A stretch of 64,000 bases of DNA from an uncultured Bacilli bacterium (GCA_944350445.1 CALVOW010000003.1:13199-77198); one strand, 5' to 3'; shown: positions 9,414-19,809, counted from the first letter of the stretch. Notes: generated from the letters alone by a model not told the origin. A program made the numbers and translations.

Positions 9414-11588
9414 ATGTATAAATTTTTAAGATATTTTTTTATTATTTGTTTTCTATTAATCTTTTTCTATCCATTTTTTTCAATTTTTGTTTCTTATAAT
9501 CCCGAAGAAAGTACTGGTTTTAATGACTATGCCAGAATTACTGATGTAGATTATAAAGCTGTACTAGTCGATGAAGATGGTGAAGGTGGTAAAGTAATTA
9601 TTACTGAGCAGTTAACTTATGATGTCCATGCAGCATCAAGTAATAATTTATTTTGGGAATTATGGAGAGACTTACCAGAGGACTATGTTGATGGCTTAAA
9701 AATAGATTATCAAGTTAATTATGTTAAACAACTTAATGCGGATGGTACCGAAACAATTTATACCGAAAGTCCTAAATTATATTGGGATGATAGTGATTAT
9801 ACAAGTAGCATATACGGACCAGGTAAATGGTATCACAGTGAAGGGCCTTATAATGAAGATCTTCGAAGATATGAATGTATATTATTTTATGTAGATGGCC
9901 TATATCGTGAAAAAGTTACTTTTGAAATTCAATATGAAATGAACAATGCAGCCTTACGATATAGTGATGTTTCAGAATTATATTTAAGCATGTATTCAGA
10001 AAGCACTATAAAATATTTAGAATCATTCGAAGGTCAAATACTAATACCCAACAAGGATATGCCGCATCAAGGAAATTATTCAGCTCACACCTATGGTACT
10101 AACAATCATACTTTCAATTACAGTGAATCCGATACCTTAAATCCAGGATATCATACTTTTTCATTTAGTCTTGATGAAGATGATTTACAATTTAAAAATT
10201 ATAATCAATATTTAGAATTTTCTTTATTAGCATATAATGAGGATAAACATATCTTTACTGATTATGCTCCTTCTAATTACTATTCAAATGAACCTTATCT
10301 TGAAGAAGCATTAGTAGCTATCAAAGAATATGATGAACTCCCTATTCAAGCTAAAAAAAATAAAACCATAGTACTTACCATATCGATTATTACCTCTATT
10401 TTTATCTTAATTTTTCTAAGACAAAGAGATAAAAAAATTAAAAAGCAACATAACCTATACGAAAAAACTACCAAAATAAAATATTTTCGAGATATACCAA
10501 CTGATTTAGATCCATATTTTGCTGCTAAATTAGTATTTTCGAAGGATAATCATAAAGTTGATATGGGAGATGTCTACTCGGCCTTATTATTAAATTTAGT
10601 TCGCAAAGGCTATATTAAATTAGAGCGAATAGATAATACCAAAGAATGGAAACAAAATAATATATTATTAAAAATATTATACCACCCTTCTTTTACTAAT
10701 CCATTAGAGGAAACAACTAATTCAGAACCTAGTATTATTGAAACAAATATTCAAAACATATCAACAGATATATCTAATTCAGTTAAACAAATAAACGAAA
10801 CAGAAGTAGACAATAACAATACTGAAAAACTAGAAATGCTTTCGGCAAATGAAGAAACTTATTTTAATCTAATTGTTAAATATGTTGTTAATGATTCTAT
10901 TTCCATGGAAGAATTTAATCAAAAAGTTGCTAAAGATTATGATAATACTGATGTTTTTGTTACTTCAATTGAAAATTCAATTGTAAATATTGGTATATCA
11001 AATGGTTATTTTCAAAAAGTCAATTATGCTGGACTTAAAAAAAGTACAAATAAATTAGCAAATAAATATATTATATTGGCTATTATCATAATTATTTTTG
11101 GAAATTTATTTATTTCCAGAACTCGGCTTGATTTAGCTTATGGAGCCTTATTTATATTAGGATTAGTTTTACTTATTGGTGCTTTCTTCTTAAAAAAAGT
11201 TGCTAATAAATATGTATTATTAACGGAATTTGGCGAAGAAGAATATGAAAAATGGCGAGCTCTTTATAATTTTTTAAATGATATGACTTTAATGAAAGAA
11301 AAAACAGTTATAGAATTACCTTTATGGGAAAAATATTTAGTCTATGCAACCGCCTTTGGAATTGCTGATAAAGTTATAAAAGCGTTAGAATTATATCAAC
11401 CTGATGTTACAAATAGTCCAATACTTAGCAATAATTATTACTACTCAAAAAGTTTACGACTAAGTACTCATTCATTTAAACGTGCTACCAATCGGGCATC
11501 ATCTATTTCCAGAACTTTGAGATATTCTGGCGGAACTTATTATGGTGGTGGCGGCCGTGGCGGCGGAGGTGGCGGTGGCGGTCACTAA
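9414..11588 (+). CDS. DUF2207-family membrane protein with poly-Gly C-terminus
   Basis: Signal/anchor, large extracytoplasmic domain, central and C-terminal TM segments, and the tail GGGGRGGGGGGGGH typical of DUF2207 proteins. Confidence 0.6.
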   Translation: MYKFLRYFFIICFLLIFFYPFFSIFVSYNPEESTGFNDYARITDVDYKAVLVDEDGEGGKVIITEQLTYDVHAASSNNLFWELWRDLPEDYVDGLKIDYQVNYVKQLNADGTETIYTESPKLYWDDSDYTSSIYGPGKWYHSEGPYNEDLRRYECILFYVDGLYREKVTFEIQYEMNNAALRYSDVSELYLSMYSESTIKYLESFEGQILIPNKDMPHQGNYSAHTYGTNNHTFNYSESDTLNPGYHTFSFSLDEDDLQFKNYNQYLEFSLLAYNEDKHIFTDYAPSNYYSNEPYLEEALVAIKEYDELPIQAKKNKTIVLTISIITSIFILIFLRQRDKKIKKQHNLYEKTTKIKYFRDIPTDLDPYFAAKLVFSKDNHKVDMGDVYSALLLNLVRKGYIKLERIDNTKEWKQNNILLKILYHPSFTNPLEETTNSEPSIIETNIQNISTDISNSVKQINETEVDNNNTEKLEMLSANEETYFNLIVKYVVNDSISMEEFNQKVAKDYDNTDVFVTSIENSIVNIGISNGYFQKVNYAGLKKSTNKLANKYIILAIIIIIFGNLFISRTRLDLAYGALFILGLVLLIGAFFLKKVANKYVLLTEFGEEEYEKWRALYNFLNDMTLMKEKTVIELPLWEKYLVYATAFGIADKVIKALELYQPDVTNSPILSNNYYYSKSLRLSTHSFKRATNRASSISRTLRYSGGTYYGGGGRGGGGGGGGH

Positions 11589-11640
11589 AAAAAGAATAAT
11601 TTTTATTGAAACTCATCAATAAAATAAATTATTCTTTTTT
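11587..11640. terminator. Bidirectional terminator between the convergent DUF2207 gene and the polyamine cluster
   Basis: Long inverted repeat aaagaataattt...aaattattcttt (with inner ttattga/tcaataa) flanked by A/T runs. Confidence 0.6.
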
Positions 11641-13113
11641 ATTTTCCTTAACAAAAAAATCTTTAGACCTTATATTTGCAAAATTAATATTTAGTTTATC
11701 CTCAATTACTGATTTATCAAAGGTTTTATAAATGGTTTTGGATATATACTTCTCGGCAATTTTTAAAATATATTTATAATCTTTGATATCATCTGGAAAA
11801 TATATACCACCCTTATCTTTATTTTTTAACATCCAACAAACAGCTGCAAGAGCAGACATAGCTACTGGTGTTATAGTTGGGGTTTGCCAATAGTTATTTT
11901 TATTCTTATTTAAATATGCTAATTCAATTCGATTACCTACCCATACTGGATCAAAATTATCACCAATAAGTAAAACGCCAACATATTCACATCCAGCTTT
12001 AATCTTTTCTTTATAAACTATTTCTGTTTCATTTGGGTAAATATAGCCTCTTACAACATTTTGACCCGTTTTTAATTCACCATCTAGTGGTTTATTTGGA
12101 TCAAAATTAGGATAATCATTTACTTTGGCTTCTTTTAAATATTTTTTAGCTAAATTACAAGGTGAATATATAAACATTACTGATGGTCGGTAAATGACTT
12201 TATTATTTTCCAAAACTTCTAAACTATTAGCTATTGTAATAGTTTCTTCATGAGGTACTAAATATCCTTCAAAATAACCATTTGGATAATAAGTTTGACA
12301 TTTCATATCGATGGCTATCTTTTTATATTCTAAAAAACCTTTGTCGAAATTTACAAAACGATATTCATCACTGTTAGCAATTAATTCGTGAGTACCAATA
12401 TTTTGAGTTGCCTCACTTAATAACTCAAAAAAGAAAGAATCAACACACCAAGTATTAACTAATTTATCTTTTTGAAAATCTTCTCTTATTTCTTGCAAAT
12501 CAATATCATTGACATGAATCATTTTAATACCTAATATTTTCGCTACTTCGTTAAATTTATTTTCTTTTAATAAACTTCTTAAATTTTGATTCTTTTTAAA
12601 CTGTTTACAAACAATATATTCAATTGCGGCTTTAACAAAATGAGATACTAAACCGGGATTATTACCATGTTGCAGAACAATTGGATACTGATTATATTTT
12701 TTACTTGCTTGATATTGCTTTTTTAAATCATTTTTTAAAATATTTTCCTGAAAAATACTATACCAATTTTCTGGCCAATCAGCTTCCCCAGTATTTAGAT
12801 ACATAATGTTATTTTCAGCACACCATTTACATATATCCTTTGTTCCAACTGTATCAGCAAAATCAATTAAGAAATCTCCCCTATTTAAAAACTTACTAAA
12901 TATTTCCTGAAAATTATCTTGATTTACATCAAAAACAAAAAAATTAGTAGAAATTCCTCCTAAATTTATATAAGATGCAAATTCAAATTGATTTTTGGTT
13001 ATTACTAGATAATTATTTTCATTAAACTTTATTTCCTTAGATACTTTTTCAAAAAAACTTTTTCCAACCGCTCCAAAACCAAATTGAACAATTTTTCCCG
13101 AATATTTTATCAT
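11629..13113 (-). CDS. Saccharopine-dehydrogenase-fold enzyme, homospermidine-synthase-like
   Basis: 494 aa. N-terminal Rossmann motif IVQFGFGAVGKSF, and HGNNPGLVSHFVKAAI, which resembles the bacterial homospermidine synthase signature as I recall it. Not verified by search. Confidence 0.5.
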   Translation of the reverse strand: MIKYSGKIVQFGFGAVGKSFFEKVSKEIKFNENNYLVITKNQFEFASYINLGGISTNFFVFDVNQDNFQEIFSKFLNRGDFLIDFADTVGTKDICKWCAENNIMYLNTGEADWPENWYSIFQENILKNDLKKQYQASKKYNQYPIVLQHGNNPGLVSHFVKAAIEYIVCKQFKKNQNLRSLLKENKFNEVAKILGIKMIHVNDIDLQEIREDFQKDKLVNTWCVDSFFFELLSEATQNIGTHELIANSDEYRFVNFDKGFLEYKKIAIDMKCQTYYPNGYFEGYLVPHEETITIANSLEVLENNKVIYRPSVMFIYSPCNLAKKYLKEAKVNDYPNFDPNKPLDGELKTGQNVVRGYIYPNETEIVYKEKIKAGCEYVGVLLIGDNFDPVWVGNRIELAYLNKNKNNYWQTPTITPVAMSALAAVCWMLKNKDKGGIYFPDDIKDYKYILKIAEKYISKTIYKTFDKSVIEDKLNINFANIRSKDFFVKENKKE

Positions 13114-13129
13114 GCAATCACTTCCTTAA

Positions 13130-13771
13130 TTAAATATTAAATTTTTTTAATTTTAACTCTTTTGGTTCTTCATAACCATTTGTAAAAAAAATTTTAATAT
13201 TATTTTTTTGCCATTTATATAAAATTTTTCGCAAATCTTTGGCTTGGAAATTACTTCTGACAATTATTTTGTTTATTCCATTTTCCAATAAATATTTTGG
13301 TGAAGGTAAATCCCCGTCATATATATCCCAGCTATTATCAAAAATTCCATTATTTATTTTATATCTATTTAAACGGTTTTGATCTAAAAGAAAGACAGGT
13401 GGGGCATCATTTTTTAATTTTATATTTTTAAGTTCAAAAGCTCCCCATATAAGTAATGGTTTTATTATTTGATTATTAGTAGTTGATATAGTACCTATTG
13501 GTGGATCAGTACCATTAAATATAGGAATAGGACGATATCCTAACTTAGCTAAAGAAATTCCTTCTTTTATACTATCAATTCCTGGTATATCAATTATTAG
13601 AGCTGTATCATTTAAAACTTCTTTTAAGTAATTAATACTTGGAATTCTATAATCAATAAATTCCTTTCTTGAACTAGAATCATCTATATTAATAAATGGT
13701 ACAGGTCTTACCCAATCAACCCATCTTTTTTTATCGGGAGCCCATATTTTATATATCTCTTTATTTGTCAT
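13130..13771 (-). CDS. Hypothetical protein (polyamine-type cluster member)
   Basis: About 213 aa, soluble-looking, no family recognised. Start at ATG behind SD GAAAGGAA, overlapping the upstream gene end by ~11 nt. Confidence 0.5.
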   Translation of the reverse strand: MTNKEIYKIWAPDKKRWVDWVRPVPFINIDDSSSRKEFIDYRIPSINYLKEVLNDTALIIDIPGIDSIKEGISLAKLGYRPIPIFNGTDPPIGTISTTNNQIIKPLLIWGAFELKNIKLKNDAPPVFLLDQNRLNRYKINNGIFDNSWDIYDGDLPSPKYLLENGINKIIVRSNFQAKDLRKILYKWQKNNIKIFFTNGYEEPKELKLKKFNI

Positions 13772-14981
13772 TTTTATTCCTTTCAATTAATACGGGAATA
13801 TCACAAGCTTCTGAATCAATAAGATTTTTCTTACTTATTCTAGCATAGAATCCTGCATGTTTAGAATCAATAGCATAAGAACCCAAACAAACATGAAATT
13901 CTTCTTGTTCAGGACTTTTAATAGCTTTACTATTAAATTTCTTTTGAGCTATATATTTATTCTTATGCCACCTTACATCTTTAATTATCTTTTTATATTC
14001 TTCCTCACTGATAGCCTCACGAATAGCTATTTTTTCTCCAACTCTCCCCCACACTGGTTTATAAATATAATTAGATTTTCCTTTTAAATCTTTAACCTCG
14101 ATTGTCTTTGGTAATAATTTTTTCCAAGTATTAAAATTTAAATTATGTTCTTCTAAGACTTTAAAAACAAATGGAAATCTCTTCGTTTGAGCAAAGATAG
14201 CAATTGGATGATTACAAGATGGAGTTATAGTATTAAAATAACCATCCCAGTTAGTTTTTTTCATATCTTTTAACCATTCCAAAGGAGTAAATCGCAAGAT
14301 ACAATCAATTTTTTCTTTATGACCATCTAAAATGCTAAAAGCTTCTTTGTTTATAAACTCTAAATGATCAGCTGCTCCATAAAGTGCATGAAATCCCAGA
14401 GATTCCATCTTATCACCAATAAATTGCATTACTTGGCGGTCATCACTATATGATGTACAATGCACAAACATGATATTACCATTAGGTTTTATTTTTTCAG
14501 AAATTGCCGTTGCTAATTTTTCTCCAAAATCAATACTAAAATATTTATTATCATTTAAATATTTAATAGCCAGTTTAGGTAGTAAAGAAGCTTCCGCAAA
14601 TCCTCCTGGAACATCACTATTAACTTCACTTATTACCCATTTATCATCAATTGTTTTATGAAAATCATAACGAGTTAAACGAATATTTTTATGAGAATCA
14701 TAATTAGCCATTTTTTTTAACTTACATGATAACTTTTTAGGTAATTTTAAAGGTTTAATAAGTTCTAAATTATTATTTAAAAACTCTTCAGCTTGTCTTG
14801 TTTCGAAATCTAATTCTTCCGTTAATTTAGCAAGTTCTCGATATTCACTTTCAGTTATTATTAAAGCATGTTTCGCTAATGTATTACTATCTAAAAATTG
14901 TGGATCCCATTTATAACAATCAAATATTGCATCTAGTCTATAATCGGCAAATTTTTCACTTGGTATAGATACTAATTTCAT
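13761..14981 (-). CDS. Glutathionylspermidine-synthase-family ATP-grasp amide ligase (YgiC/YjfC-like)
   Basis: 406 aa. RYDFHKT....WVISEVNSDVPGGFAEAS resembles the R-x-D-F ... E-x-N-x-D-x-P core of the GspS pre-ATP-grasp family. Confidence 0.55.
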   Translation of the reverse strand: MKLVSIPSEKFADYRLDAIFDCYKWDPQFLDSNTLAKHALIITESEYRELAKLTEELDFETRQAEEFLNNNLELIKPLKLPKKLSCKLKKMANYDSHKNIRLTRYDFHKTIDDKWVISEVNSDVPGGFAEASLLPKLAIKYLNDNKYFSIDFGEKLATAISEKIKPNGNIMFVHCTSYSDDRQVMQFIGDKMESLGFHALYGAADHLEFINKEAFSILDGHKEKIDCILRFTPLEWLKDMKKTNWDGYFNTITPSCNHPIAIFAQTKRFPFVFKVLEEHNLNFNTWKKLLPKTIEVKDLKGKSNYIYKPVWGRVGEKIAIREAISEEEYKKIIKDVRWHKNKYIAQKKFNSKAIKSPEQEEFHVCLGSYAIDSKHAGFYARISKKNLIDSEACDIPVLIERNKNDK

Positions 14982-15000
14982 ATTATGCCTCTTTCTATTT

Positions 15001-15507
15001 CTAATTAGTAAGTTTCTTTATATTTGTATACATTCTCGCATGATAAGAATTTTTCTTATAAAAGTTAATAGCTTTTTCATTATAAGCAAAGACATCAACT
15101 AAAACATATTCGCATCCTTCTAATTTAAAATAGTTTTCCATCGTCGTAATTAAAGTTTTACCAATCCCTTTTCCTCGTGTATTTTTCGAGACGACTAATT
15201 CCGTAATAACTCCCCTTTTTGGACATTTATAATCTAAATAATCATATTTTCCATATTCTGGAATAATCCCCATTATTAAACCAACCACTTTTTTATTAAT
15301 AATAGCTAAAAAACATTTACCATGATTATTTAAAACTTCTTCTAAATCAACTAAGGCCATTTTTTCTCGATAATTAGGATGCATTCTATCTAAACCGTCT
15401 TTATCAATTGAAATAAGATATTCTTCTAACTCTACTAACAAATCTCTTACATCTTCTAGATATTTATCTTCATATGCTATTACTTTTATAATAAAAATCA
15501 ACCTCAC
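15001..15507 (-). CDS. GNAT-family N-acetyltransferase
   Basis: Acetyl-CoA binding pattern VVSKNTRGKGIGKTLI. The exact start is uncertain: the GTG start sits inside an SD-like GTGAGG. Confidence 0.7.
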   Translation of the reverse strand: MRLIFIIKVIAYEDKYLEDVRDLLVELEEYLISIDKDGLDRMHPNYREKMALVDLEEVLNNHGKCFLAIINKKVVGLIMGIIPEYGKYDYLDYKCPKRGVITELVVSKNTRGKGIGKTLITTMENYFKLEGCEYVLVDVFAYNEKAINFYKKNSYHARMYTNIKKLTN

Positions 15508-15518
15508 TTATCTTAAAC

Positions 15519-16118
15519 TTAAACATTTTTGGCAATAAAATCAAAAACTTGTTCATCATTTTCTTGAATTAAAAGTTTATCACTTTCCGTTAAATCTGTG
15601 AAATATTTTCCTAACTTTTTATTTAGAGAAATGGAATTTAACGGATAGCCAGTTTCTATTGTTTCTGATTTAGTATCCACTAAATAAAAATCAGCACTTT
15701 TCCAGGTATAAGTAAATTCAAGGCCATCTTTTATAAGAGCAAGTCCATATAACCAATAAGCATTTAATTTACCATCAGTTCCATATTCTTTAACTAAATT
15801 AATATAATATTCAAGCATTTCTAAATCAGATAATCTTTTTTTATTAACTCTTCTTACAAAACTTCCAGGTTGTTTTTCCATAGGGACATTTTCTAAAAAT
15901 AAATTATCATCAATAGCCATAACCGTAATACCTGTTTCTTGATAATAGTTTCTAGCTTTAATTAAAGCATTTTCTAAGGCATCTTGTCCATCTTCTTGAA
16001 TTTCTAAATTAACTTTTATATCATCTAAGGTTAACAATTTAATACCTCGATTTAATAAACCATTTTTATACCTTTTAATCTTAGCAGGATTTTTAGTTGC
16101 CAATAATATTTGTTTCAT
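15519..16118 (-). CDS. Ham1/RdgB-family non-canonical NTP pyrophosphatase-like protein
   Basis: ILLATKNPAKI ... ENALIKA ... AIDDNLFLE...PG pattern. Start moved to ATG behind SD AAGGTG. Confidence 0.55.
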   Translation of the reverse strand: MKQILLATKNPAKIKRYKNGLLNRGIKLLTLDDIKVNLEIQEDGQDALENALIKARNYYQETGITVMAIDDNLFLENVPMEKQPGSFVRRVNKKRLSDLEMLEYYINLVKEYGTDGKLNAYWLYGLALIKDGLEFTYTWKSADFYLVDTKSETIETGYPLNSISLNKKLGKYFTDLTESDKLLIQENDEQVFDFIAKNV

Positions 16119-16285
16119 TTTAAACACCTTAACTTTAATAACTTATACAATGTATACATGTCTAGATTATATCAGTTATTATCATTTTTTGAAATACTTT
16201 TTTATAAATAATATTTTAGCAACTAAATAATTTAGAAATTAACAACAATAATAAAAAAATAACTCTTTATATTTGAGTTATTCTA

Positions 16286-17356
16286 TTATTCATCAACATT
16301 TACTTTTAAAACACTACTATTATTTATTATTAAAGTACTATATGCAAACAAAACATCTTTATCATTAAAGTCAACATATTCATTAACTATATCAGCACTA
16401 ATATATCGTAAATCTATTAAAGTAATTTTTTTATAATATGGTATCAATAAAGGAGCAAAACTACTTCCAAAGGAATCTCGAAATATAATTAATTCTTTTT
16501 CGTTAGATGCCACTAAATTTTCTATTTCAATTAATGCACTAGGTCCACTTAAAAAGACATTATAAGAATCCAAACTATCTAATGCTTCAATATCATAAAC
16601 TTTTTTATTACCATATTCTAAATGCCAAACATTAGCATTATCCAATATATCGTTACTTAAATAAATTAAATCTTCGCTTTTTATAAAGGTAGGAGCTTTT
16701 GAATAAGATGCACCATAAAACTTATTATATATATTTTCCTGGAAATTATAATTATGATAATCAAAATTAAAGAAATTACTAAATTTTTTTATAATTTTAT
16801 CATAACTACTTTGTTTAATATGAATATCGGTTTTGTAATAATCACTTAATTTTAATAAAGGAAGAATATCAATATAGGAAATATTAACATTATTAGTAAT
16901 ATTATCAAACATTAAATCATAGTCAATCTTTAAATAGCGATTACCATCAATAAAATAATTTTTATCCGGAATAATGGTATAAAAAACATTGCTTTTAGTC
17001 AAATATGTTTTATTAATATAATTAAGCTTATTAATAAAACTATTAACACTTTTTAAATTTAAAGGATAATTCTTTTCTATAATATAATCATCAACAACAT
17101 AAACGTCATTACTTTCTTTATTTCCTAATATATATCTATCAAATAACGAATTAAGAGAAATAAAATTATCGCGAAATGGAAATTGATCAGATAAATAATC
17201 ATCTAAATTTTCAAAAAAATCATCTTTTAATTTTGAAACACCAACTAATTTTCTTCTTTCATAATTTGATAAAGATTTATCTTCGAAAAAAAGACCTAAT
17301 ATCGAAAATAAAAATAGTGTTCCGACAAATAATATAACAATTACCTTATCTTTCAT
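16286..17356 (-). CDS. DHHW/AlgX-like membrane-anchored protein (partner of the MBOAT acyltransferase)
   Basis: N-terminal TM. Lies immediately downstream of the MBOAT gene (1-nt gap). KTDIHIK sits at the position of the DHHW motif. Confidence 0.45.
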   Translation of the reverse strand: MKDKVIVILFVGTLFLFSILGLFFEDKSLSNYERRKLVGVSKLKDDFFENLDDYLSDQFPFRDNFISLNSLFDRYILGNKESNDVYVVDDYIIEKNYPLNLKSVNSFINKLNYINKTYLTKSNVFYTIIPDKNYFIDGNRYLKIDYDLMFDNITNNVNISYIDILPLLKLSDYYKTDIHIKQSSYDKIIKKFSNFFNFDYHNYNFQENIYNKFYGASYSKAPTFIKSEDLIYLSNDILDNANVWHLEYGNKKVYDIEALDSLDSYNVFLSGPSALIEIENLVASNEKELIIFRDSFGSSFAPLLIPYYKKITLIDLRYISADIVNEYVDFNDKDVLFAYSTLIINNSSVLKVNVDE

Positions 17357-17357
17357 C

Positions 17358-18740
17358 TTAAAATCTAAAATAAATAAATGGATTAAACGAACTAGAAATA
17401 ATTTTAGCTATTGAAAATATAAATACTAACATAATAAATAAAACACTAAAACATTCAATCAATTTACCAAATTTTCCTTTCTTTAAATTATTAATATAAT
17501 TTTTAGCCAAAGGAGAAATACCTATCATAGAAACTATAATAATAATTAAATTATTTTTTAAAAAATATATACTTTCCCTATTTATAAAACCATTATGAAA
17601 ATTAAATAAACCTTTAATATAGGTTAAAATTAAATTTAAATCAGTTAAACTAAAAATTATAAAACTAATTAATATAACAATAAATGTATAAATACGTGAT
17701 AGTATTCCTTTTTTCAGATATTTTTTTAATAAAAACTTTTCAATTATTAAAAAGACAAAGAAATATAATCCCCAAATGATAAAGTTCCAATTAGCTCCAT
17801 GCCAAAAGCCTGTTAAAAGCCAAACAATAAAAATATTGCGAATATTTTTTAAGACAGAACATCTATTACCACCCAAAGGAATATATACATAATCTCGAAA
17901 AAAGCTCGATAATGATATATGCCATCTTCGCCAAAAATCAGTTATGGAATTAGCAATTAAAGGATAATTAAAATTTTCTTGAAAATTAAACCCAAACATT
18001 TTACCAAGACCAATTGCCATATCACTATAACCGGAAAAATCATAATAAATTTGGAAAGTAAATCCTAAGGCAACCAGCCAATAAGAAATAATAGACATAT
18101 GAGAATTCATTATATTCGTATACATGATATATAAAGTATCAGCAATTAAAACTTTCTTGCCAAGTCCGAAAATAAATCTAACTACCCCTTCACTAAATAA
18201 ATTTAAACTTTCTTGTCGATTATTAAGTTCATTTTGAATATCTTTATATCTAACAATCGGACCAGCTGTTAAATGGGGAAATAACGTAATATAGGTAGAA
18301 TATTTTAAAAAACTTTTCTCATACTTTACATCTTTTCTATATACATCAGTCAAATAACTAATATTTTGAAAAGTAAAAAAACTAATTCCCAAAGGTAATA
18401 CAATATTAATAAAAACTTTATTAAATTTAAATATATTAGCTAATGTTTCTAAAAAGAAATTTGTATATTTAAAATAAAATAATAAAGAAATATTAAGGCA
18501 AATGCCAATAATTAAAAATAATTTCCTTTTTTTATGAGTAGATCCAATTAATAAACCAAATATATAATTTATTAAACAAGAAGCAAGTAATATTAAGACA
18601 TTCCATTTTTCACCAAAAAAATAAAAGAGAAGACTACAAATAAGTAGTACATAATTTCGATACTTGCGTGGTGTTATATAATATATAAAAAGAGTTATAA
18701 CTAAAAAAAAGAAAAGAAAACTTATACTTGAAAATGCCAT
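17358..18740 (-). CDS. MBOAT-family O-acyltransferase (AlgI/DltB-like)
   Basis: Polytopic. GISFFTFQNISYLTDVYR and the conserved WRRWHISLSSFFRDYVYIPLGGNR histidine region. Confidence 0.85.
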   Translation of the reverse strand: MAFSSISFLFFFLVITLFIYYITPRKYRNYVLLICSLLFYFFGEKWNVLILLASCLINYIFGLLIGSTHKKRKLFLIIGICLNISLLFYFKYTNFFLETLANIFKFNKVFINIVLPLGISFFTFQNISYLTDVYRKDVKYEKSFLKYSTYITLFPHLTAGPIVRYKDIQNELNNRQESLNLFSEGVVRFIFGLGKKVLIADTLYIMYTNIMNSHMSIISYWLVALGFTFQIYYDFSGYSDMAIGLGKMFGFNFQENFNYPLIANSITDFWRRWHISLSSFFRDYVYIPLGGNRCSVLKNIRNIFIVWLLTGFWHGANWNFIIWGLYFFVFLIIEKFLLKKYLKKGILSRIYTFIVILISFIIFSLTDLNLILTYIKGLFNFHNGFINRESIYFLKNNLIIIIVSMIGISPLAKNYINNLKKGKFGKLIECFSVLFIMLVFIFSIAKIISSSFNPFIYFRF

Positions 18741-18749
18741 AATTTCCTA

Positions 18750-19205
18750 CTATAAATTCTCAAAATTTTCTTTAATTTTTGGTGCTAATTCATTTGACAT
18801 TATTAGTACTACTAAGTCTCCCTTAGACATAACATAGGTATTTTCAGCCTCAACACAGATCCATTTTCGAGGATTTGCATTTTTTTCAATATCTTCTACC
18901 ACTTGCTTAGCTAGAGAGGCATCTTCTAATCTAATTAAAACTACGGAATGAGGTATTGATCCCGTCATAGATTCACTAGCAATAGCTTCTTTGTATTCTA
19001 CCTCAGTAAAAGCATAAGATGCAAAATTTTCACTATTTAATTCAATATTAGAAAGCATCATTGGCTTTTCATCCTCGGCAATGCCTTGATATAATTTTTC
19101 CATTATATCAGTTAAAGATCCTTCAACATTTTTTGAAGCACATCCAGTCATAAAAAAAGAAATAGCTATAATTATTAATATAAAAAATTTTTTAAATTTT
19201 TTCAT
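18750..19205 (-). CDS. Lipoprotein, DUF4358-like
   Basis: Lipobox FFMTGC. Small domain commonly found next to MBOAT/DHHW pairs. Confidence 0.5.
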   Translation of the reverse strand: MKKFKKFFILIIIAISFFMTGCASKNVEGSLTDIMEKLYQGIAEDEKPMMLSNIELNSENFASYAFTEVEYKEAIASESMTGSIPHSVVLIRLEDASLAKQVVEDIEKNANPRKWICVEAENTYVMSKGDLVVLIMSNELAPKIKENFENL

Positions 19206-19282
19206 TTACTTCTTTATCCTCCTTTATAGCATCTTAATTATAACATTAAACGATTAAATAGTAAATACTAAGAACATTAAAA

Positions 19283-19777
19283 TTACTTTTTAGTTCCAAA
19301 CCTGTTAAAGGGGAAAATTACCAAAGAGGTTTTGCCAAGAATATTTTTTCTATCAACGCAACCAAAAAACCTTGAATCCAAAGAATCCCCACGGTTATCA
19401 CCAACAACAAAGTAACAATTATCAGGAATTACTTCTTCCAAGATAAAATCATCCGTTTTTTTATGTTGAAAATTCTCTTCTACTTCTTGATCATTAATAT
19501 ATAATTTATTATCTTGATAACTAATTTTCTCCCCAGGAAGAGCAATTACTCTTTTAATTAAATATTCATCATCCATTTTAATTACCACAATATCAAATCT
19601 TTCAATATCTTGAAAACGATAACTAATTTTATCTAAAATCATAATATCTTTATCATATAAAGTATCATTCATACTAGCTCCATTAACCCGAATTGGCGTA
19701 ATAATAAATTGTTTTACTAAAAGAACTAAAACAATAACTAAGACATAACCTAATATTTCTTTAACTTTTTTATTCAT
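19283..19777 (-). CDS. lepB: Signal peptidase I
   Basis: GASMNDTL (catalytic Ser), IKRVIALPGE and GDNRGDSLDSR boxes. Start moved to ATG 19777 (MNKKVKEILGYV...); the track's TTG start would overlap rplS. Confidence 0.85.
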   Translation of the reverse strand: MNKKVKEILGYVLVIVLVLLVKQFIITPIRVNGASMNDTLYDKDIMILDKISYRFQDIERFDIVVIKMDDEYLIKRVIALPGEKISYQDNKLYINDQEVEENFQHKKTDDFILEEVIPDNCYFVVGDNRGDSLDSRFFGCVDRKNILGKTSLVIFPFNRFGTKK

Positions 19778-19782
19778 AATAC

Positions 19783-19809
19783 AAAAAAGGACAAGGCCAA
19801 ACCTTATCC
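19783..19809 (-). terminator. Stem-loop plus U-run directly after the rplS stop
   Basis: Minus-strand GGAUAAGG-uuugg-CCUUGUCC followed by UUUUUUG. It ends 5 nt before the lepB ATG, so it is probably leaky or an attenuator. Confidence 0.5.

Noticed and set aside
11530-11588. Sharp GC-rich island in an AT-rich genome
   Set aside because: It is simply the run of GGN glycine codons encoding the poly-Gly tail of the DUF2207 protein, not foreign DNA or a structured RNA.
13857-14661. ORFs 13857-14087(+) and 14470-14661(+)
   Set aside because: They are antisense inside the GspS-like ATP-grasp gene.
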